Below are positions 1 through 6,771 of a stretch of 10,027 nt of DNA, piece by piece. Each line of letters opens with the position of its first letter. Positions within the stretch are counted from its first letter, which is position 1. The notes below the pieces were generated by a model. The model saw only the letters and a program-made list of their open reading frames with translations. It made no database searches and was not told the origin of the DNA. The stretch covers positions 1 through 10,027 of the forward strand of contig CAZZIO010000057.1 of assembly GCA_964654465.1 (NCBI GenBank), given 5' to 3'. A program made the translations under genes and the position numbers. Source of the stretch: an uncultured Dictyoglomota bacterium. GTDB taxonomy: Bacteria > Dictyoglomota > Dictyoglomia > Dictyoglomales > Dictyoglomaceae.

Positions 1-731
1 TTCTTAGGCAAACCTTTTGCATATTCAGCTAATATATATTCTTGGTTTAAGACTTCTAACATGCTTGATCTTGTCATTCTTGCAATTGTTGCCATAGGAA
101 CAGTGGATAAAGCAAAACCTGGAAGGACTAGATGATACAACGCATCTATAAAAGCTCTAAAGTTAAAAGTTAATAAGCTGTCAATCAAATAAAAATTTGT
201 TATCACCTTAAGATCAATACTTATATCTAATCTTCCCGATGGGGGAAACCAACCAAGAACCAAAGAACCAAACCAAATCAACATTAAACCAAGCCAAAAT
301 ATTGGTATAGAAACACCTATTAAAGCTAAAAACATAACCAGAGTATCTATTAAGGAGCCTGGTTTAATAGATGCTAATACTCCTAAAAATATACCTAATG
401 AACTTGCTATTAACATTGCAAAAAGTGTCAATTCAATAGTAGCAGGAAACCTTTGCATAATTTCAGAAATAACTTTTTCTCTTGTTATTATAGATCTTCC
501 TAAATCTCCCTTTGTAGCATTACTTAAGAAAATTAGATATTGTAAAATTATAGGTTTATCAAGCCCAAGCTCTTTTCTAATTCTTGTGATTTCTTCTGCA
601 GTAGCTCTTTCACCTAACATAATCCTTGCAGGATCCCCAGGAATCAGTCTAATAAACATAAAAGCAAAAAAGGAAACTCCAATTAATATTGGAATTAAAA
701 GTAATAACCTTCTTACTATATATTTTTTCAT
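1..731 (-). CDS. dppB: Dipeptide/oligopeptide ABC transporter permease (DppB/OppB family), truncated at the left window edge
   Basis: Absent from the ORF track because it has no stop in the window. Manual translation from ATG 731 gives MKKYIVRRLLLLIPILIGVSFFAFMFIRLIPGDPARIMLGERAT...LGLDKP...GDLGRS...RFPATIEL...SIPIFWLGLML...HLVLPGFAL...ARMTRSSMLEVLNQEYILAEYAKGLPK. These are classic DppB motifs, including the start of the EAA loop. AGGGGA RBS just upstream; lies directly downstream of dppA. Confidence 0.95.
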   Translation of the reverse strand, partial: MKKYIVRRLLLLIPILIGVSFFAFMFIRLIPGDPARIMLGERATAEEITRIRKELGLDKPIILQYLIFLSNATKGDLGRSIITREKVISEIMQRFPATIELTLFAMLIASSLGIFLGVLASIKPGSLIDTLVMFLALIGVSIPIFWLGLMLIWFGSLVLGWFPPSGRLDISIDLKVITNFYLIDSLLTFNFRAFIDALYHLVLPGFALSTVPMATIARMTRSSMLEVLNQEYILAEYAKGLPK

Positions 732-774
732 TCTTTCCCCTAATTATTTGTTTAATTTAAAGCATATATATTTT

Positions 775-807
775 AAAAGGGGGAAAGTGGTATTCTCCTC
801 CCCCTTT
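775..807 (-). terminator. Intercistronic stem-loop after dppA (weak intrinsic terminator or mRNA-stabilising hairpin)
   Basis: Minus strand reads AAAGGGGGAGGAG-AATACCA-CTTTCCCCCTTTT: a GC-rich stem followed by a short U tract, 16 nt after the dppA stop codon. Confidence 0.7.
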
Positions 808-823
808 GTACTAAATGATAAAT

Positions 824-2401
824 TTATTGTTCTTTCCATACACGATACAATGGTTCACTACCAGTTGGATGTGGAATATAATTTTTTACATTCTTCTTTC
901 CTGCAAGAGGTGGCATTGTATGAGCTATTATCACCCATGGAGCATCTCTGTGTACTATTTCACATGCCTTTTCATACAATTTAGCCCTCTCTTTTTGGCC
1001 AGATATGGTCTGTGCTTTTATAAGTATCTCATGCAACTCATCAGATCTGTAAAAAGCAATATTTCCAGAACTACCTTTTACAGCATTATCCTTATCTAAT
1101 AAAACATAGAAGAAATTGTCTGGATCTCCATTATCTCCTGTCCATCCTAAGAAAGCCATATCATGTTCACCATTTTCTGTTTTTTGTAAGTAAGTACCCC
1201 AATCATAAGTAACTATTTCTGCATCAATACCCACAGCCTTTAAATAGCTCTGAACAGCTTCTGCTATTTTCATTGGTTGAGGATTATATGGCCTGTTTAC
1301 TGGCATAGCCCATAATGTGGTTTTAAAGCCATTAGGATATCCTGCCTCAGCTAACAATTTCTTGGCTTTTTCTGGATCATATGGATAATCTTGTATTTTA
1401 TCATTGTAACCCCATAAGGTGGGTGGTATAGGATTCTTAGCCACGATTGCTAAGCCTTTTGGATAAAAAGCATCCACAATTGCTTTCTTGTCAATTGCGT
1501 AATTTATAGCAAGCCTTACTCTTAAATCATTAAAAGGTTTTTTATCCATATTCATAGCAAGATATCCAACATTCAAACTTGGTCTGACAAACAATTGTAA
1601 ATTTTTATTTAGTTTGACCCTTTCTACATCCTCTGGATTCAAACCATCAATAATATCCACCGTGCCAGCTTCTAATTCCATAAATCTTGCAGAATTATCC
1701 GGTATTGATCTAAAAATAATTTTATCAATATAGGGGGCTCCATCCCAGTAATTTTTATTTGCTGAAAGTACTATCTTATCTCCCTTACTCCAAGAAACAA
1801 ATTTAAAAGGACCAGTACCTACAGGATTTTTAAAGAAATCTTCCTTATATTTCTTAATTGCAGTTGGGCTTGCAATAGCAAAACAAGGCATAGCAAGGTT
1901 AGAGAGAAATGGGGCTAAAGGTTTTGTTAAAGTAATTTTTACTGTATATTTATCAACAACAGAGACAGTTTTTACAATTCCTGGAAATCCACCAAACATA
2001 TACCCCCAATATTCGAATTCGCCACCAATATGATAAGGATTCTTAGGATCCATCCATCGATCAAAGTTAAATTTAACAGCATAAGCATCAAAATCAGTAC
2101 CATCATGGAATTTAATATTTTTTCTCAATGTAAAAGTCCATGTTTTTTGATCCTTCGAAACTGTCCATTTAATAGCAAGACTTGGCAAAATCTCTGTATT
2201 TTCTGGCTTGTACTTAACAAGAGTATCAAATATTTGATGTGTAACTCTTAGAGATTCGCCATCAGTAACATTAATGGGATCCAATTTAACAGAGTCCCCA
2301 CCTCTTCCAAAAACTAAGGTTCCACCCTTTTTTGGAGTTTGGGAATTAGCAAAATTAACAAATAACATTAAACATAAAAAGAGGACCAAAAACTTACGCA
2401 T
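824..2401 (-). CDS. dppA: Dipeptide ABC transporter substrate-binding protein (SBP family 5, DppA-like)
   Basis: Family-5 motifs (FTLRKNIKFHDG, PVGTGPFKF, KPFNDLRVRLAINYAID) plus the DppA ligand-binding motifs MPVNRPYNP and GWTGDNGDPDNF. Start moved from the ORF-track 2416 to ATG 2401 because GGAGGTG (2407-2413) lies 5 nt upstream and gives a clean signal peptide MRKFLVLFLCLMLFVNFANS. Confidence 0.93.
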   Translation of the reverse strand: MRKFLVLFLCLMLFVNFANSQTPKKGGTLVFGRGGDSVKLDPINVTDGESLRVTHQIFDTLVKYKPENTEILPSLAIKWTVSKDQKTWTFTLRKNIKFHDGTDFDAYAVKFNFDRWMDPKNPYHIGGEFEYWGYMFGGFPGIVKTVSVVDKYTVKITLTKPLAPFLSNLAMPCFAIASPTAIKKYKEDFFKNPVGTGPFKFVSWSKGDKIVLSANKNYWDGAPYIDKIIFRSIPDNSARFMELEAGTVDIIDGLNPEDVERVKLNKNLQLFVRPSLNVGYLAMNMDKKPFNDLRVRLAINYAIDKKAIVDAFYPKGLAIVAKNPIPPTLWGYNDKIQDYPYDPEKAKKLLAEAGYPNGFKTTLWAMPVNRPYNPQPMKIAEAVQSYLKAVGIDAEIVTYDWGTYLQKTENGEHDMAFLGWTGDNGDPDNFFYVLLDKDNAVKGSSGNIAFYRSDELHEILIKAQTISGQKERAKLYEKACEIVHRDAPWVIIAHTMPPLAGKKNVKNYIPHPTGSEPLYRVWKEQ

Positions 2402-2406
2402 CCTGA

Positions 2407-2413
2407 CACCTCC
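2407..2413 (-). promoter_or_regulatory. Shine-Dalgarno site of dppA
   Basis: GGAGGTG-TCAGG-ATG on the minus strand. Confidence 0.85.
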
Positions 2414-2483
2414 CATAAAATCTTACTCCCCCTCCCCATTCTCTTTATTCTCTCTTAAGGCATCATTGTCCTAAGTTATTATG

Positions 2484-2511
2484 ATTATATATTATTCTTC
2501 TTTAACTTCAA
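2484..2511 (-). promoter_or_regulatory. Putative sigma70/sigmaA promoter for the dpp operon
   Basis: TTGAAG (2511-2506), 16-nt spacer, TATAAT (2489-2484). The -35 box lies in the last codons of the galactanase gene. The AT-rich background lowers specificity. Confidence 0.5.
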
Positions 2512-4345
2512 AATCATCTATCCAAGCCCAATTTCCTGAATTTCCCTCAACAATTATACTAATCTTTATTTCACCTGTCGTTACATTTATATCCCTGATG
2601 GTAGGATTACTCCATTTCAACCATCCAGTATTTACAATATCTATATACTTTTCTTCTTTTCCGTAACCACTCACTTTAAATCTAAGAAGGTTTTCTCCTC
2701 CACCACCATGAATCCAAAAACTCACTCTATACTTACCAGGTTTTAAATCTTTAATCACTAAGTTCATTTCAAATTTAAATGGTCTATCTAACCAGTAATT
2801 TATCGCATACTCCCCTGTTTTTGCATTTTGAGGTGGAGTAGCCTTAACAACCTTAACTGCCATCTTATCTCCTTCTACTATCCAAGGATCTATAGTTCCC
2901 GATTCAAAGCTCCAATTAGGTACATAATTCTTCTCCCCAGATACTGATATCTGAGCATATATTTCCTTATCTATACCTTCTATCTTTCCCCTCAATTTAA
3001 ATTCTCCAGGAACACTTAATAGTTTATTATCTATAGCATCCCATGTAACTTTGAAATTCCTTATAGAATCATCATTGAAAAGCACTTTAACCTTTTCTGG
3101 AAGTTTAGGAATCTCTCCTGTAGAAATCTTTATTTTTACATCAGATAAAATATCTACTACTTTTACATCTATTTTTTGATGTCCATAAACTAAGTTAAAG
3201 ACATCAAGAGATGGTAATACATTACCTTTGAAATCAAATAAGGTTTGGTTATCCCATGGATTACCTTCCCCAACTTTCCATCCTGCACTATTTACTGGAA
3301 TCCAGCAACCTTCCCAATAAAATATGCCCAAACCTTTATTATTTGGAATTTGAGCCACAACCTCCATAATATCTCTTATTGCTGTAGCTTGCCCTTGAAC
3401 AGTGGGTTTATATCCACCTATCATCCATAAATCTCCACCAAATATATTTGGATGATTATCACCATCTTCAAGAGTCCATGCATAGGCTGTTTCAAAAACA
3501 GCAATTTTCTTATTATATCTTACTGCTATATCATTAAGATTTTCCTTTAACTCTTCCAAGGTGCCATGCCAATATGGGTAATAAGATACTCCAATAACAT
3601 CAAAATCCATCTTCAGGCCAGAAACATTTGCCAAAAACCATTTAAACAGGGAACTATTTCCTCCTTCTGCTAAATGAACAGCCACTTTTATATTCTTATC
3701 AATTCTTCTTACAGCACTTGCACCTGCATTAAAAAGTTTAACAAAGGTTTCAAAACCTCCTGCATCATCACCTATAAGCTTACCATCAGGCCATAAAAAT
3801 CCATTATTAACTTCATTACCAATTTGTACCATATCAGGCAATGCTTTATTGTCTTTCATATGTTTAAGTACATTATATGTAAAGTCAGAAACTGCTTTTA
3901 TTAATTGGGATCCTTTTAAATTTTTCCATGCCTTTGGTTTCTCCTGTTTACCAGGATCTGCCCAAAAATCACTATAATGGAAATCTACAAGTACTTTTAG
4001 TCCAAGAGTTTTAGCTCTTTTAACAAGCTCTGTCATCCTTTTATAATCACAAATACCCCCACCATATGGATTTCCTTTTTCATCATACGGATCATTCCAA
4101 ATCCTAACTCTAACCCAATTGACCCCATGATCCTTCAAAATCTGTAATGGATCCTTTTGCACTCCATTGTCATAAAATTTCCCACCCTTAGCTTCTACTT
4201 CATATAACATGGATATATCAACACCCTTTATAAAATCCTTTGATAATCCCTCTATTGGATTTATAAAAATTTTATCTTCTCCATAACTATCCATGAGAAT
4301 CATCGTAACCCCCAATAAAATTAAAAGAAATATTATTTTTTTCAT
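2492..4345 (-). CDS. Secreted endo-beta-1,4-galactanase (GH53) with an Ig-like (Big_4-type) domain and a C-terminal carbohydrate-binding module (CBM61-like)
   Basis: GH53 motifs GVDIS, RVRIWNDP, DFHYSDFWADPGKQ, VQIGNE (acid/base Glu, 3812-3814), GVSYYPYWHG, VFETAY (nucleophile Glu, 3491-3493) and FYWE. Hydrophobic N-terminal signal. PKLPEKVKVLFNDDS..VTWD is Big_4-like, and NWSFESG...WAWIDDFEV is a beta-sandwich CBM pattern. Symbol left blank because naming differs (ganA/ganB). Confidence 0.95.
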   Translation of the reverse strand: MKKIIFLLILLGVTMILMDSYGEDKIFINPIEGLSKDFIKGVDISMLYEVEAKGGKFYDNGVQKDPLQILKDHGVNWVRVRIWNDPYDEKGNPYGGGICDYKRMTELVKRAKTLGLKVLVDFHYSDFWADPGKQEKPKAWKNLKGSQLIKAVSDFTYNVLKHMKDNKALPDMVQIGNEVNNGFLWPDGKLIGDDAGGFETFVKLFNAGASAVRRIDKNIKVAVHLAEGGNSSLFKWFLANVSGLKMDFDVIGVSYYPYWHGTLEELKENLNDIAVRYNKKIAVFETAYAWTLEDGDNHPNIFGGDLWMIGGYKPTVQGQATAIRDIMEVVAQIPNNKGLGIFYWEGCWIPVNSAGWKVGEGNPWDNQTLFDFKGNVLPSLDVFNLVYGHQKIDVKVVDILSDVKIKISTGEIPKLPEKVKVLFNDDSIRNFKVTWDAIDNKLLSVPGEFKLRGKIEGIDKEIYAQISVSGEKNYVPNWSFESGTIDPWIVEGDKMAVKVVKATPPQNAKTGEYAINYWLDRPFKFEMNLVIKDLKPGKYRVSFWIHGGGGENLLRFKVSGYGKEEKYIDIVNTGWLKWSNPTIRDINVTTGEIKISIIVEGNSGNWAWIDDFEVKEE

Positions 4346-4351
4346 TACATC

Positions 4352-4359
4352 TCACCTCC
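4352..4359 (-). promoter_or_regulatory. Shine-Dalgarno site of the galactanase gene
   Basis: GGAGGTGA 6 nt upstream of ATG 4345, inside a 20-bp intergenic gap that implies co-transcription with malG. Confidence 0.85.
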
Positions 4360-4365
4360 CAAATT

Positions 4366-6771
4366 TTATCCTTTAACAGCACCCTTTGTAAGACCACTAA
4401 CTATATACTTTTGCAATGAAAGGAATAGAATAGTCATAGGAAGCATACCTAATAGGGCAGCAGCTGTAAAAAGACCCCACTCAGTCATATAAGGACCTGA
4501 AGAAAAGGTCCAAAGCCCTATTGCATATGTATATTTCTGAGCATCTTGAAGAATAATTCTTGCAAAGATAAATTCGTTAAACACATTCATGAATGTTAGT
4601 ATTACCACTACTGTAAGTATTGGTCTTGCTAAAGGAAGTATTATCTTATAAAAAGTTTGAAATCTTGTTGCTCCATCTATCATTGCTGATTCTTCTAAAG
4701 AGTCAGGAATAGTATCATAGTAACCCTTTATAAGGAACATGTTATAAGCAATATTTCCCAAATAAACGAAAGTCAAACCCGAAAGAGTATCAAGACCTAA
4801 AAATGGAATAAATTTTCCAAGAAGATTAAGTAAGCTATATATAGCTATCATATATACAGCACTTGGGAACATCTGTATAAGAAGGAGGGTAAGAATACCA
4901 TACCTTCTTCCCCAAAATCTCATTCTACTGAATGGATATGCTGCTAAAGCACAAATAAAGGTTGTAATTATAGCTGACACTCCAGAAACTATAATAGAAT
5001 TTCTTACCCATCTTAAGAAATAATGTTTTGTTTTTTGTTTCCATATTTGATCTATTCGAAATATTTCGTTATCAATTTTCCTTAAATAACCTTTAATCTC
5101 TCTGTATGGCATATTATCCATCAATTCTCCAGCTTTTTTCGAGACAATATTGAGATTTGAGCTTACCATATTAACAAAATCAGTTTTACTCAAATTGTAT
5201 AAATCATCAACTTCGGATAGATAGCTTTTTTCTCCCTTAAAAGATTCTTCAAAAACTTCTTTCCATTTTTTATCAATAGCATAAATAAGAGAATCTGATC
5301 TTTCTGTAACAAGATTTAGATTTATTGAAAAAAGATTGAATTTTTCGTAAAAGATTTTAAAATCATTAAGCCACTTTAACTTATCCGCTGTTTGCTCAAC
5401 ATTCATGATCAGATTATCTCGACCAAAATCAATGATATAAGAAGTTGCAAATTCCCTGAATTTATTACTCAAAGGGTATGTTAATTCAAGAAAATTATTA
5501 AAACTTTTAGCTCCTTCTATTTTCTCAATATCTTTCTCTAAATCTGATATAAAGATTTTTAACTGTCCATATCTTGTAAAAGGTTTAATATTCTCTTCTT
5601 GTTTTTCTAATTCCCCCTGAGTAAGTTCCTTTTCAATCTCTAAAAATTCATTTTCTTGTTTTATAAGGGCAACTTTTCTATTTTTCTCTTGAAGAATCTC
5701 TACATTTTTATCAAGTTCTTTAAGAAGCAATTTCAAATTATACAAAATATTATCAATTCTTTTATAATCCGATTTTTTTACTAAGGCTAATTTTGCACTA
5801 ACGTTATCTAATGCTCTTTTAACTTCATACAAATCAGGATACTTAGAGATATTTTCTGTAACTTGTTTTATGTCTGTAATTGTATGATTTATAGAATGTT
5901 TATATGCCACATTAACATATGATAAATGATTGTCTTCAACTATTTTTTCTAGTTCTTTATCAAAAGTTAAAATCTCTTTGAGAATATCATTTGTTATCTT
6001 ATTGTTAATGTTTAGAACCCTGTCTTGCAAATATGTATATTCACTAAGCAATCTATCATACCTTTCTTGATTTAAACCAATAATCCTATCCAGCTCTCTT
6101 AACTTAATATTACTTTTTTCTATTTTTTGCTTGTAGTATTTTCCTAAGAGAGAGGTTATCTTTTTAATATCTTCTTCTGAGGAGATTTTTAAACCAAAAA
6201 GCTTCTCCAAATCATCTTTAAAAATTAATATTGTATCTTTATCAAAATCTTTTTTATAAAGGATTGTAGCGATAGCCAATTTAAAATTTTCATTTTTTGA
6301 TTCCTCTTTTGGAAGATTTTTTTCTAAATATCCTCTTAGATCTTCCAAAATTGCAATAATATCATGTTTTAGTTTCTCATTTTTTGATGCCATATAATCT
6401 CTAATTTTATAAAATGCTTCTGATGCATTCTTTTGCCTATCTTTTGTCTCTTTCACATATACTTTCAAATAAGATATATCTTTTTGAATTTCTTTTTCTA
6501 TTTTGTTTTTATCCCATTTGTCATAAGGTGGGGTAACCATAATTAAATTCTGTAACTCTTGAGCTAAAACAGGCATATTTTTTTCAGGGATAAGTAAATC
6601 CTTATAATTTTGAATGGAAATTCTGGAGGAAAAAAGCCTTGTAGAAAAAGCAGCCTCATCTCTTCTTAAAGATGTTGATACAATCCATACTACAGGAAAA
6701 AGTATTATGGGAATAAGAATCCACAGTATAATATGGGTAATAATATGCCCCCTCTTTACTATCATTCTCAT
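4366..6771 (-). CDS. malG: Carbohydrate ABC transporter permease, MalG family, with a very large extracytoplasmic insertion (801 aa)
   Basis: N-terminal TM1 (ILFPVVWIVSTSLR) and a C-terminal MalG core (NSIIVS, AYPFSRMRFWGR, LLIQMFP, IKGYYDTIPDSLEESAMIDGATRFQTF EAA loop, LQKYIVSGLTKGAVKG), separated by ~520 hydrophilic residues. ATGA overlap with the malF stop; ATG 6765 is an alternative start. Confidence 0.93.
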   Translation of the reverse strand: MRMIVKRGHIITHIILWILIPIILFPVVWIVSTSLRRDEAAFSTRLFSSRISIQNYKDLLIPEKNMPVLAQELQNLIMVTPPYDKWDKNKIEKEIQKDISYLKVYVKETKDRQKNASEAFYKIRDYMASKNEKLKHDIIAILEDLRGYLEKNLPKEESKNENFKLAIATILYKKDFDKDTILIFKDDLEKLFGLKISSEEDIKKITSLLGKYYKQKIEKSNIKLRELDRIIGLNQERYDRLLSEYTYLQDRVLNINNKITNDILKEILTFDKELEKIVEDNHLSYVNVAYKHSINHTITDIKQVTENISKYPDLYEVKRALDNVSAKLALVKKSDYKRIDNILYNLKLLLKELDKNVEILQEKNRKVALIKQENEFLEIEKELTQGELEKQEENIKPFTRYGQLKIFISDLEKDIEKIEGAKSFNNFLELTYPLSNKFREFATSYIIDFGRDNLIMNVEQTADKLKWLNDFKIFYEKFNLFSINLNLVTERSDSLIYAIDKKWKEVFEESFKGEKSYLSEVDDLYNLSKTDFVNMVSSNLNIVSKKAGELMDNMPYREIKGYLRKIDNEIFRIDQIWKQKTKHYFLRWVRNSIIVSGVSAIITTFICALAAYPFSRMRFWGRRYGILTLLLIQMFPSAVYMIAIYSLLNLLGKFIPFLGLDTLSGLTFVYLGNIAYNMFLIKGYYDTIPDSLEESAMIDGATRFQTFYKIILPLARPILTVVVILTFMNVFNEFIFARIILQDAQKYTYAIGLWTFSSGPYMTEWGLFTAAALLGMLPMTILFLSLQKYIVSGLTKGAVKG

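Noticed and set aside
586-1099. Plus-strand ORFs 586..984 and 815..1099
   Set aside because: Antisense to dppB/dppA and crossing the intergenic hairpin; no recognisable motif or RBS. Shadow ORFs.
2402-2416. ORF-track start of dppA at 2416 (MGGVR extension)
   Set aside because: The extension is just the translated SD (GGAGGTG); ATG 2401 has the better SD and signal peptide. Kept only as a possible minor start.
2030-2666. Plus-strand ORFs 2030..2251, 2274..2474 and 2481..2666
   Set aside because: Short, largely or wholly antisense to dppA or the galactanase; composition mirrors the opposite-strand codons.
4343-4350. Start-stop minigene ATG-TAA overlapping the galactanase ATG (ATGTAATG)
   Set aside because: The first ATG is only 1 nt from the SD, too close for efficient initiation; likely incidental.
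5030-6590. MalG insertion as an intein, mobile element or gene-fusion artefact
   Set aside because: No Cys/Ser...His-Asn splice motifs, LAGLIDADG or transposase motifs, or terminal repeats; the frame is continuous and both flanks are normal MalG.
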